From positions 96,001-160,000 of the forward strand of contig JAXMOL010000008.1 of NCBI GenBank assembly GCA_034669905.1: a DNA stretch of 64,000 bases, read 5' to 3'. Source of the stretch: Candidatus Hydrogenedentota bacterium (GTDB lineage: Bacteria; Hydrogenedentota; Hydrogenedentia; Hydrogenedentales; JAEUWI01). The first letter of the stretch is position 1. Each line of letters begins with the position of its first letter. Under the pieces are notes generated by a model. It was not told the origin of the DNA. It did no database searches and saw only the letters and a list, made by a program, of their open reading frames with translations. Shown here piece by piece: positions 1-9,462 of the stretch. Made by a program: the position numbers and the translations under genes.

Positions 1-428
1 GGGATGCCCACGCCGACCTGCAAGATAACCACAATTATCATGCGGGCAACACGGACAAGCCCATTGCGGGCCTCTTGAAAGACCTCAAACAGCGGGGACT
101 CCTCGACGAGACCCTGGTTATCTGGGGCGGTGAGTTTGGACGGCAGCCGACGGCGGAGTATGCCAAGGGCACGGGCCGGGACCACAACTCCATGGGCTTC
201 ACCATGTGGATGGCCGGTGGTGGCATCAAGGGCGGCATGTCCTATGGCGAGACCGACGAACTGGGTAGCAACGCGGTGACCAACCGGCTGCACGTAAAGC
301 GAATGCATGCCACGGTGCTCCATCAGATGGGCCTGGACCCCAACAACCTGAGCTACTTCTACAACGGCCTCGACCAGAAACTGGTGGGTGTCGAAGGTGC
401 CGAGCCTATCTGGGATATTATTGCGTAA
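1..428 (+). CDS. DUF1501 family (sulfatase-associated) protein, C-terminal part; 5' end outside window
   Basis: The frame is open from base 3 (DAHADLQDNH...DKPIAGLLKDLKQRGLLDETLVIWGGEFGR...GRDHN...WMAGGGIKGG). These motifs are typical of DUF1501. Stop TAA at 426-428. Confidence 0.85.
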   Translation, partial: DAHADLQDNHNYHAGNTDKPIAGLLKDLKQRGLLDETLVIWGGEFGRQPTAEYAKGTGRDHNSMGFTMWMAGGGIKGGMSYGETDELGSNAVTNRLHVKRMHATVLHQMGLDPNNLSYFYNGLDQKLVGVEGAEPIWDIIA

Positions 429-759
429 GGGATGAGCTATTCCGGCGTGTTGATGACGCGCAGGTTGATGAACCACAAAGTTCGCAAAGAACACAGAGAA
501 AAAATCGGCGCTTCGAATGGATCTGGCACCCCGTCAAAATAGGCGAAGATTCATTTCGGACATTTTCCAAGTCATTCGGTTGCCATCTTAGAGATCTGGG
601 ACTTGGGAGCGCGGGCGCTTGCGTACGCTGTCGTAACGAACGTGTTGGATTTGATCGAGGTCTACCTTCGCTTATTCAGCCGCCCCCCGGCAGCATTCTT
701 CTTGCACCCAGACCTTCATAGTGATTAATTCTCTTCGGAATCCCCAACAGACACAACGA

Positions 760-796
760 ACGCCGCCCCCAGCGGCACGAATACCGGGGACGGCGT
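760..796. terminator. Possible stem-loop terminator between convergent DUF1501 gene and nirB
   Basis: Imperfect inverted repeat ACGCCGCCCCC...GGGGACGGCGT about 50 bp downstream of the nirB stop. The U-tract is weak. Confidence 0.35.
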
Positions 797-845
797 CGGT
801 AGTCACTCCCTGCGATTCACCTTCGCACGGAAGACAAGGTCTCGA

Positions 846-3782
846 TTAACAGGCCTGCGCGCAGGCCCCTTTGTCCTGGCCAATCGCCTCGGCCAGTTCC
901 TCCGCAGGAGGCAGGTGCAGATAGACAAACCCGTCGGTAACTTTTACGTCAAAGGTCGCCACCGTGAGGTTGTCGCCTGAGACGCACGAGCCGTCTTCGA
1001 GAGAGAACTGCTTCTTGTGCATGGGGCAGGCCACTTTGGGCACGCCCCCTTTGTCGCCCAGCAAGCCCCGGGCGAGCACCATGTCCTGTTTGTGGGGGCA
1101 CATGTTCTGGGTGGCATACCACGTATCCTCGACGCCGTAGCGGAACACGGCCAACTGGACTCCACCATAGGTGACGGCCATGCCGCCTTCTTTGGGGAAG
1201 CTCCCCACGCGACCGGCTTTCCACCAGGAACGTTCCGACCACGTGGTGGACAGGCTTTCTTTTTCCGTTGCGGGCCAATCTTCCGGCCGCTTCTGGGTCC
1301 GCTCTTCCACGAAGCCCAGGCTTGGGTCGGCCTCGTCGGCATTGGCGAAGTGGCGGAACAGGGCCCGCTTTTCGGGATTGTTGACCACGGAGGCCCATTC
1401 ACACTGATAGGTGTCGATGAGCCGGGCCATATCGGCCTCCAGGGTTTCGCAGAGCCCCAGCGAGTCGTTGATGACCACATCCTTTACATGGTCGAGACCG
1501 CCTTCCAGTTTCTCCAGCCACACGGAGGTACGCTGCAAGGGGTCCGCCGTATGAATGTAATACATGAGGAAGCGGTCGATGTATAAGATGGCGGTTTCCG
1601 TGTCGATTTCGGAGGCAAAGAGATCGGCGTGTCGCGGCTTGGCACCGCCGTTGCCGCAAAGATAGAGGTTCCAGCCCTTATCGGTGGCGATGAGCCCCAC
1701 GTCCTTGCATTGGGCCTCGGCACATTCACGCACACAGCCCGAGACTGCCATCTTGAGCTTGTGGGGTGAGCGAACTCCCCGGTAACGCTCTTCGAGGTCG
1801 ATGGCAAATTTGGTGGAATCCTGAACGCCATAACGGCACCAGGTCTGGCCCACGCAACTTTTGACCGTGCGGAGGGACTTACCATAGGCGTGTCCACTTT
1901 CAAAGCCGGCGATGATGAGTTCTTCCCAGATATCCGGAAGTTGTTCTATCCGGGCTCCGAGCAAATCGACCCGCTGTCCACCGGTGATCTTGCAGTAGAG
2001 GTCATATTTCTTCGCCACCTGGCCGAGCACAATGAGTTTGTCGGGCGTAATCTCGCCACCGGGCACACGGGGCACGACCGAGTAGGTGCCGCCCCGTTGG
2101 ATGTTAGCCAGAAAGCGATCGTTGGTGTCCTGGATGGTGGCATGCTCAACGATGTGATCATTCCACAGACTGGCCAATATGGAGCCCACGACGGGCTTGC
2201 AGACTTCGCAGCCCTCGCCCCCCGTGCCACATTCCGTAAGGACGTCGCGGAAGGTCTGAAGCTTTTTCACTTTCACGCTGTGGAAGAGTTCCTGTCGGCT
2301 GAGCGGAAAGTGCGCGCAGACGATCTTTTTCACTTCGACCCCGGCGCGTTTGAACTCTTCCGCCAGGATGTCTTTCACCATGGGCACGCAACCACCACAG
2401 CCTGTGCCTGCGCAGGTAGCGCTTTGCACATCCCCCAGATCGCTGAGCTTGTGTTTACGGATGGCGCTGCAAATGTCACCTTTGGAGACGTTGTTGCACG
2501 AGCACACCTGGGCGTCATCGGGCAGGGCCGCCACGCCGGCGGCGGCACCATCTCCTCCACTGCCCAGCAGCAGAACCTTGGGCTCCCCGACGATGCCATC
2601 AAGGCTCCGGTAGGTATGCAGGAGGTTACTGTAATCTGACGTATCGCCCACGAGAATTCCGCCGAGCAACTTGCTGCGATCCTCGGAGAGGATGATTTTC
2701 TTGTAGACACCACTGACCGTGTCTTTCACCACCACCGTGTCACTGGCGGGCCCTTCGGCATCGATGGAGCCCAGACTGGCCACCTCGACGCCCATGAGCT
2801 TCAACTTGGTGGACATATCGGCCCCGGTAAAGTGGGCCTCATTTCCCATGAGGTTTTCCGCCAGGGTATCGGCCATTTGATAGCCGGGCCCTACCAGACC
2901 ATAGATCATACCGTCGTGGAGGGCCAATTCACCGATGGCGAAGATGGTGGGATCACTGGTCTGCATCGTGTCGTCCACGATGACACCACCCCGTTCCCCC
3001 ATGGCGAGACCGGCTTCCCGCGCCAACTCGTCCCGTGGTCGGATACCCGCCGACACGATGAGCATATCTGTATCCAGGAGGGCGTCATCCATAAAGGTCA
3101 GGCCCGTAATGGAGCCATTGCCTTCGATGCGCTTGGTCTGGTGTTTCAACAGCACTTTCACACCGAGGGCTTCGATTTCACGCACCAGGAGCTTGGAGCC
3201 TTCGTCGTCTAACTGACGGGGCATAAGCCGGGGCGCGAACTCGACGACGTGGACATCCAACCCGAGGTCCACCACGGCCTTGGCCGCTTCCAGGCCCAAC
3301 AACCCGCCGCCAATCACGGTGGCCGTTTCAGCGGTTTCCGCGTAGGCCTTGATGGCATCCAGGTCTTCGATGGTGCGATAGACGAAAACGCCCTCCTTGT
3401 CCACCCCGTCGATAGGGGGTACGAAGGGGGCCGACCCGGTGGCAAGCACCAGGTAGTCATAGCGTTGTGTAGTGCCATCGTCAACGGTTACGGTCCGCGC
3501 GTCGCGATCAATCGCTGTGATGCGTTTGCTCACATGGAGGGTGACTTCGTTGTCCTGGTACCAGGTTAGCCCGTCAAGGGTGAGATCTTCGACCGAGTTG
3601 CCGCTGAAGTAACTCGTCAGTTGTACCCGGTCATAGGCCGCCCGGGGCTCTTCCCCATAGACAATCAGCTCGAAATTCGTATTGCTATCAAGCTCACGCA
3701 GCTTTTTGCAAAAGCGGTGCCCCACCATGCCGTTCCCGACGACGACCACTTTTTTTCGAATCACTTCTACCTTGGCTGACAT
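846..3782 (-). CDS. nirB: NAD(P)H-dependent assimilatory nitrite reductase large subunit fused to a C-terminal NirD Rieske domain
   Basis: FAD motif VVVGNGMVG and NAD motif VIGGGLLGLE. Two BFD-like Cys clusters (CSCNNV...CGGC; CAHF...CEVC). Siroheme/4Fe-4S motifs CVGQTWC and GCVREC. C-terminal Rieske CPHK...CPMH. Confidence 0.95.
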   Translation of the reverse strand: MSAKVEVIRKKVVVVGNGMVGHRFCKKLRELDSNTNFELIVYGEEPRAAYDRVQLTSYFSGNSVEDLTLDGLTWYQDNEVTLHVSKRITAIDRDARTVTVDDGTTQRYDYLVLATGSAPFVPPIDGVDKEGVFVYRTIEDLDAIKAYAETAETATVIGGGLLGLEAAKAVVDLGLDVHVVEFAPRLMPRQLDDEGSKLLVREIEALGVKVLLKHQTKRIEGNGSITGLTFMDDALLDTDMLIVSAGIRPRDELAREAGLAMGERGGVIVDDTMQTSDPTIFAIGELALHDGMIYGLVGPGYQMADTLAENLMGNEAHFTGADMSTKLKLMGVEVASLGSIDAEGPASDTVVVKDTVSGVYKKIILSEDRSKLLGGILVGDTSDYSNLLHTYRSLDGIVGEPKVLLLGSGGDGAAAGVAALPDDAQVCSCNNVSKGDICSAIRKHKLSDLGDVQSATCAGTGCGGCVPMVKDILAEEFKRAGVEVKKIVCAHFPLSRQELFHSVKVKKLQTFRDVLTECGTGGEGCEVCKPVVGSILASLWNDHIVEHATIQDTNDRFLANIQRGGTYSVVPRVPGGEITPDKLIVLGQVAKKYDLYCKITGGQRVDLLGARIEQLPDIWEELIIAGFESGHAYGKSLRTVKSCVGQTWCRYGVQDSTKFAIDLEERYRGVRSPHKLKMAVSGCVRECAEAQCKDVGLIATDKGWNLYLCGNGGAKPRHADLFASEIDTETAILYIDRFLMYYIHTADPLQRTSVWLEKLEGGLDHVKDVVINDSLGLCETLEADMARLIDTYQCEWASVVNNPEKRALFRHFANADEADPSLGFVEERTQKRPEDWPATEKESLSTTWSERSWWKAGRVGSFPKEGGMAVTYGGVQLAVFRYGVEDTWYATQNMCPHKQDMVLARGLLGDKGGVPKVACPMHKKQFSLEDGSCVSGDNLTVATFDVKVTDGFVYLHLPPAEELAEAIGQDKGACAQAC

Positions 3783-3920
3783 GGCGACTTCCCGATCTTA
3801 AGTCTGGTGCCTGTGGCGTGTTCGGAGCGCACGCGCTCTTCGCGGGTTTACTCAAGAATCCGGCTCCACAGGGGCACGCGTGTTGCACAGTGGGTGACAT
3901 TTGGACTACCACGCGGTAAG

Positions 3921-3937
3921 TGCAAGGGTTGTGCCAA
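3921..3937 (-). promoter_or_regulatory. Sigma-54 (-24/-12) promoter for nirB
   Basis: The minus strand reads TTGGCACAACCCTTGCA, matching TGGCAC-N5-TTGCA, about 140 bp upstream of the nirB ATG. Confidence 0.85.
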
Positions 3938-4046
3938 TGACACCGTTGGAATGAATTCCCGGGGTGGCACTGTGCCTGATGGCGGTCTCTCCTGCCGCAC
4001 ACGCTGCGCTGCGACCGCCCATTCCCCCATTAATACAGACCCTTTA

Positions 4047-4063
4047 CGCACCAGACCGATGCA
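4047..4063. promoter_or_regulatory. Candidate NtrC-type enhancer site
   Basis: CGCACCAGACCGATGCA resembles TGCACCA-N3-TGGTGCA and lies about 110 bp upstream of the nirB sigma-54 site. Confidence 0.35.
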
Positions 4064-4386
4064 AGCAAGACCCTGCTCCGACCGTGCCTGCCTCCACCTT
4101 GCCGTGTGCACCACGTCCACCGAAGCCGTACCAACGGGTAGGGTCCACCCACCAAAAAACACATGGCGGTAGCTCTTCTCCCCACGCTGCCGCCCGCTCC
4201 CACCAACCTGTGACGCACTGTGTGTGCTTCCCTTCCGTGGCGGCCCCTCGCCGAGTGAAAACGCCCCGAAGTCAACAAACATGCGTTTTCTATACACGTT
4301 ATCCACCTCCAGCAGGGGGCGGTGTGTGGCCGATCTCTTGCCCACCCTCTCCCCATTCGCGACGAAAATTTCGGGGGACGCTGCGC

Positions 4387-4403
4387 TTGGCACGCTTCGT
4401 GCA
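4387..4403 (+). promoter_or_regulatory. Sigma-54 (-24/-12) promoter for the narK-nitrate reductase operon
   Basis: TTGGCACGCTTCGTGCA (GG-N10-GC), 50 bp upstream of the ATG at 4453. Confidence 0.75.
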
Positions 4404-4452
4404 ATTCCTCTTCATACATTTTTATGGCGCAATCTTTGAGAGAGGAACACCC

Positions 4453-5799
4453 ATGGACGTAAATCACAAGGCGACCAAGATCGAGTTATTTAATTTCCGC
4501 ACCCCACAGATGCGGGCATTTCACATGTCCTGGTTTGCGTTTTTTCTTTGTTTCTTCGCCTGGTTTGGCATTGCCCCCCTGATGGCAGTGGTGCGGGAAG
4601 AACTCTCGCTGACGAAGGCGCAAATCGGTAACACGATCATCGCGTCTGTCGCCATTACCATCGTGGCCCGGCTGCTGATTGGCTGGCTCTGCGACCGGAT
4701 CGGCCCGCGAATCACCTACACGTGGCTCCTGGTACTGGGTGCCATTCCGGTCATGGGTATCGGACTCGCGCAGAGCTACGAGACCTTTCTGTTGTTCCGA
4801 CTCGGTATCGGCGCCATTGGGGCCTCCTTTGTGATAACCCAATACCACACGTCGGTCATGTTTGCCTCCAATTGTGTCGGCACCGCCAACGCCACCTCAG
4901 CCGGCTGGGGTAACCTGGGGGGTGGTGTCACCCAATTGGTTATGCCCCTGGTCTTCAGCACCTTACTCGCCCTGGGCCTTGGTGAATTCTGGGGCTGGCG
5001 TGTGGCCATGGTCTTTGCCGGCTCGGTCTGCATGGTTACCGGTATCGCCTATTTCTTCCTGACGCAGGACACGCCCGACGGCAACTTCAAAGACCTCCGC
5101 GAGAGAGGACTCATGCGCAGTGCCAAGGACAATGGCGGAACCTTCCTCGAAGCCTGTAAAGACCATCGGGTCTGGGCCCTCTTTGCCATTTACGGCGCCT
5201 GCTTTGGCATTGAGTTGACCATCAACAACATCGCCGCCCTGTACTACATCGACTATTTTGACATGGGCCTGAAAGCGGCCGGTGCCCTGGCGGCGTGCTT
5301 TGGTCTCATGAATCTCTTCGCCCGTACGCTCGGAGGCATCTTCGGGGACAAATTCGGCGCAAAGTATGGCCTGAAAGGACGGGTACGTTGGCTGGCCATT
5401 GCCCTCACCGTGGAAGGCTTCGCGCTCATGCTCTTTTCCCAGATGACGATCCTGCCCCTGGCCCTGGCCACCATGATTCTCTTCAGCCTGTTCGTGCAGA
5501 TGTCCGAGGGTGCCACGTACTCGGTGGTGCCTTTCATCAATAAACGGGCCCTCGGATCGGTGGCCGGTATCGTGGGGGCGGGCGGAAATTTTGGTGCGGT
5601 CAGCGCGGGCTTTCTTTTCAAAGCGGAAGCCATCACCTGGCCGCAGGCCCTGCTGATTTTGGGCGTGTTGGTCACGTGCTGTGCGGGCCTGACCGCCTTT
5701 GTGCGCTTCAGTGAAGCGGATGAATACGCCGCCGCTGCCGAGCTCGAACTTCGCAACGAAGTGGACGAATCCCTTGCTGCCGAGCCGGCAACTGCCTGA
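4453..5799 (+). CDS. narK: NarK/NasA-family nitrate/nitrite MFS transporter
   Basis: Nitrate signature GTANATSAGWGNLGGG and AGIVGAGGNFGA, with many hydrophobic segments. Start re-called at ATG 4453 after RBS GAGAGGA; the ORF track begins at an upstream GTG. Confidence 0.92.
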   Translation: MDVNHKATKIELFNFRTPQMRAFHMSWFAFFLCFFAWFGIAPLMAVVREELSLTKAQIGNTIIASVAITIVARLLIGWLCDRIGPRITYTWLLVLGAIPVMGIGLAQSYETFLLFRLGIGAIGASFVITQYHTSVMFASNCVGTANATSAGWGNLGGGVTQLVMPLVFSTLLALGLGEFWGWRVAMVFAGSVCMVTGIAYFFLTQDTPDGNFKDLRERGLMRSAKDNGGTFLEACKDHRVWALFAIYGACFGIELTINNIAALYYIDYFDMGLKAAGALAACFGLMNLFARTLGGIFGDKFGAKYGLKGRVRWLAIALTVEGFALMLFSQMTILPLALATMILFSLFVQMSEGATYSVVPFINKRALGSVAGIVGAGGNFGAVSAGFLFKAEAITWPQALLILGVLVTCCAGLTAFVRFSEADEYAAAAELELRNEVDESLAAEPATA

Positions 5800-5931
5800 G
5801 CCAAGAGAGTCTGGCCTGGTGTTTTTCCAGGCAAACACGATTTCCAGTGATGCGGATGACGGCCCCTTGCGCCGCCATCCGCGTCGCTGATCCCGTATAC
5901 CATACAGCGCAACAATGAGCACCCTCTACCT

Positions 5932-8900
5932 ATGGCTTCAACACCCAAAGAAAAAATTAAGACCACCTGCTCGTATTGTGGGGTAGGTTGCGGCGTCGAA
6001 GTTACCCGGGACAGCCGGGGCCGCCTCTCCGTTTCCGGGGATGAATCTCACCCCGTCAATTGGGGCATGCTCTGCTCCAAGGGACGCACCCTCCATCACG
6101 TCGTTCAGAACCAGGACGATCGCCTGCGCCACCCCCAGATGCGGCGCAGTAAGGCCCACCCGCTTAGCGCGGTCAGTTGGGACGATGCGTTGGACCGGAC
6201 GGCGCAGGTTTTTCGCACCCTCATCGATCGTTTCGGCCCCGCGTCGGTCGGCTTCTATGTTTCCGGGCAATGTCTCACGGAAGAATACTATGTGGCCAAC
6301 AAGCTGATGAAGGGCTTCCTCGGCAGCAACAATATCGATACCAACTCGCGGCTGTGTATGAGCTCCGCCGTGGTGGGGTACAAGCTGAGTCTGGGCGATG
6401 ATGCCTGCCCGATCAGTTATGAAGACATTGAGCTCGGTGGGAGTTTTCTTATTGCCGGGGCGAACCCCGCCTGGTGCCACCCCATTCTTTTTCGCCGTCT
6501 GGAGCAACACAAAGAGCGCAACCCGGACACCAAGGTCATCGTGGTGGATCCCCGGCGCACCCAGACCTGCGCGCTGGCCGACCTTCATCTCCAGATTCAG
6601 CCGGGCACCGACGTGGTGGTTTTCAATGCCATCGCCCGCGAACTGCATGATCAGGGGTTCTGGGACGAGACCTTTATCCAGGAACACTGCAACGGCATTG
6701 AGGAACTACGCGCCACCGTCTTTGCGACCACGACCGAGCAAGCCGCGGTCATTTGCCGCATTGAAGCGGACCAGATTCGAGAGGCGGCGCGGCTCATCGG
6801 CACAAGTGGAACCTTCCAATCCTGGTGGGCCATGGGCCTCAACCAATGCAGCAACGGGGTCGACAAGAACCTCGCACTACTGAACCTCTCCCTGGTCACC
6901 GGGCAGATTGGCCAACCCGGCGCAGGACCCTTTTCCCTTACCGGTCAGCCCAACGCCATGGGGGGCCGGGAAGTGGGTGGACTCGCCAACCTCCTGGCGG
7001 CCCACCGGGATCTCGCCGACCCGGAAGAGCGGGAGTTTGTATCGGAATACTGGGGCGGTGGTCCCATTGCGGAAAAACCGGGGCTGACCGCCACTGAAAT
7101 GTTTGAAGCGCTGGAAGCCGGCACGTTGAAGGCCCTGTGGGTCATCTGCACCAACCCGGCGGTTTCCCTACCCAATCTACCCCAGGTGGAGCGGGCCCTC
7201 AAGAAAGCCCGATTCCTCGTGGTGCAGGACATCTCTTCGCTCTCCGACACGGTGGCCCACGCGGATGTGGTGCTCCCAGCTGCGGGGTGGCTGGAGAAGC
7301 AAGGTACCATGACCAATTCGGAGCGCCGGGTGACCCATGTTCCCAAGCTCTTGGAGCCGCCGGGCGAGGCCCTTCCAGATGTGGAGATACTGTGCCGGTT
7401 CGCCGAAAAAATGGGCTGGGGCGCGGCGTTTGACTACCCGGACGAGAGCGCCATCTTTGACGAGCACTGCCGCCTGACCCAAGGCACGCCTATTGATATG
7501 TCCGGTATGTCCTACGAGCGCCTGAAGGAAAGTGGAAGCCTTCAGTGGCCCTGTCCCGATTCGAATCACCCGGGCACTCCCCGACTCTTCTCTGACCACC
7601 AGTTTTTCACAGCGGATCACCGGGCCCAACTCCATGGTGTCTCCCATACCCATCGATCGGAATCCCTGAATACCACCTATCCCCTCGTGCTCACGACGGG
7701 GCGTATCCGGGACCAGTGGCACACCATGACCCGCACGGGCAAGGTTGCCAAACTCCGGCAGCATCTGGACACGCCCTATGTGGAGATTCACCCCACCGAT
7801 GCCGTGGCCCAGCAGATCGAATCCGGCGACACCGTTACCCTCTACAACGACCGGGGCGCGGTTTCGGCCCGCGCGACAGTAACCGATTCGATCAAGCCGG
7901 GCGTAGTATTCCTTCCCATGCACTGGGGCAAGACGTTGCAACACGGCGACGCCCGGGCCAACATGTTGACGAGCGCCATCGTGGACCCCAAGTCCAAGGA
8001 GCCCGATTTCAAATACGCTGCGGTCGCCCTGAGTAAAGTCAGTGCCGAACGACGCCGCGTGGTGGTCATTGGCGGTGGCACCGCCGCGCTGGCCTTTGTC
8101 CAGGAGTATCGAAAACGCAATCAGCGTGATGAGCTCGTGGTGTTGGGCAAGGAATCGCATGGCTTCTACAACCGCATTCTGTTGCCTGATCTCATCGGGG
8201 GCGAGTGTGAATGGTCGGCCATGCAGACCACGACAGCGGCGCGCCTGCTCGAATCCCACATCATCTTTCACGGCGGTTGCTCGGTACGGACCATTCACCG
8301 CAATGACCAAACGGTTGAAGATAGCCGGGGCACCCTTCATCACTATGATCGCCTCGTCTTAGCCACAGGAAGCCGCCCACTCCTGCCGCCGGAAGCGCCC
8401 CGCAACCTGCCAGGAGTCTTCACCCTGCGCACCCGTGACGATGCCGATGCCGTCATGGCCCATGTGCAACCGGGCCATCGCTGTATCGTGGTCGGCGGAG
8501 GCCTCCTCGGACTCGAGTTGATTGCGGCCCTGCAGCAACGGGGTGCCCGGTGCGAGTTGATACACCGCTCTTCCCGGTTGATGGGCCGTCAACTCGACGC
8601 CACGGCGTCCCGGCTCCTTGCCGAGGAACTGACGGAACGGGGCATCACCCTCTATCTGAATGAGAGCGTGGCCTCGGTGCACGGCGATGCTACGGTCAAG
8701 GGCGTACGCTCCTGTAGCGGACGCTACTTCGCCTGCGACGCCCTCTTTTTCGCCACCGGGACCACCCCCAACGTGGAGCTGGCCCGCCAGGCCAGCCTCC
8801 CCTGTGGCCATGGCGTTCGGGTGGATGAGGCCATGCGTACGGCCGACCCGGATATCTTTGCCATCGGTGAAATCGCAGAGCACCGGCACCGTTGCTATGG

Positions 8901-9462
8901 CACCACCCCAGCTGCCCAGGAGCAGGCCGTGGTGGCCGCCGCCCAGATGACCGGCGACAGCTGGACGCGCTATGAAGGAAACATGCCTTTTAATGTCCTC
9001 AAGTTGCGGGGCTTCTCCCTTTGCAGTATGGGGCAAGTACTGGCCAATGACGCGGAAGACGGCTATGAAGAAATCACGCTGCTGGACGAGGCGGAACGCT
9101 TCTATCAGAAGTGCGTGGTGTACAAGAACCGCTTAGTAGGCGCGCTGCTGGTAGGGGACATGGGGGCCATGGCGGGCCTCAAGGAGCTTATCCGCACGGG
9201 CATTGAACTCGACGAACAGCGGCGCACCCTGCTCCGCGCGGGGAGCAGCAGCCCGCCAGCGCCGATGGAGGGCGCCCTGGTCTGCAGTTGTAACCAGGTG
9301 GGGACGGGAAACCTGACCACTGCCATCTCCGAAGGATGCGATACGTTGGAATCACTTTGTAAGAAGACCGGAGCCGGACTCGGCTGCGGAAGCTGTAAGC
9401 CGGAAGTGGCGACCCTGTTGGAAAGCTACCGTGCGCCCGCGATGACAGGAATATCATCATGA
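5932..9462 (+). CDS. nasA: Assimilatory nitrate reductase (Mo-bisPGD, 4Fe-4S) fused to an FAD/NAD(P)H oxidoreductase and a BFD-like 2Fe-2S domain
   Basis: N-terminal CSYCGVGC...LCSKG, Mo-ligand NSRLCMSSA, GQPNAMGGRE and LTTGRIRDQWHTMTRTG. These are followed by VVVIGGGTAA, IVVGGGLLGLE and a C-terminal CSCNQV...CGSC. Confidence 0.92.
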   Translation: MASTPKEKIKTTCSYCGVGCGVEVTRDSRGRLSVSGDESHPVNWGMLCSKGRTLHHVVQNQDDRLRHPQMRRSKAHPLSAVSWDDALDRTAQVFRTLIDRFGPASVGFYVSGQCLTEEYYVANKLMKGFLGSNNIDTNSRLCMSSAVVGYKLSLGDDACPISYEDIELGGSFLIAGANPAWCHPILFRRLEQHKERNPDTKVIVVDPRRTQTCALADLHLQIQPGTDVVVFNAIARELHDQGFWDETFIQEHCNGIEELRATVFATTTEQAAVICRIEADQIREAARLIGTSGTFQSWWAMGLNQCSNGVDKNLALLNLSLVTGQIGQPGAGPFSLTGQPNAMGGREVGGLANLLAAHRDLADPEEREFVSEYWGGGPIAEKPGLTATEMFEALEAGTLKALWVICTNPAVSLPNLPQVERALKKARFLVVQDISSLSDTVAHADVVLPAAGWLEKQGTMTNSERRVTHVPKLLEPPGEALPDVEILCRFAEKMGWGAAFDYPDESAIFDEHCRLTQGTPIDMSGMSYERLKESGSLQWPCPDSNHPGTPRLFSDHQFFTADHRAQLHGVSHTHRSESLNTTYPLVLTTGRIRDQWHTMTRTGKVAKLRQHLDTPYVEIHPTDAVAQQIESGDTVTLYNDRGAVSARATVTDSIKPGVVFLPMHWGKTLQHGDARANMLTSAIVDPKSKEPDFKYAAVALSKVSAERRRVVVIGGGTAALAFVQEYRKRNQRDELVVLGKESHGFYNRILLPDLIGGECEWSAMQTTTAARLLESHIIFHGGCSVRTIHRNDQTVEDSRGTLHHYDRLVLATGSRPLLPPEAPRNLPGVFTLRTRDDADAVMAHVQPGHRCIVVGGGLLGLELIAALQQRGARCELIHRSSRLMGRQLDATASRLLAEELTERGITLYLNESVASVHGDATVKGVRSCSGRYFACDALFFATGTTPNVELARQASLPCGHGVRVDEAMRTADPDIFAIGEIAEHRHRCYGTTPAAQEQAVVAAAQMTGDSWTRYEGNMPFNVLKLRGFSLCSMGQVLANDAEDGYEEITLLDEAERFYQKCVVYKNRLVGALLVGDMGAMAGLKELIRTGIELDEQRRTLLRAGSSSPPAPMEGALVCSCNQVGTGNLTTAISEGCDTLESLCKKTGAGLGCGSCKPEVATLLESYRAPAMTGISS

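Noticed and set aside
3964..4452. N-terminal extension of the narK ORF
   Set aside because: It runs through the sigma-54 promoter region. The RBS and family similarity begin at ATG 4453.
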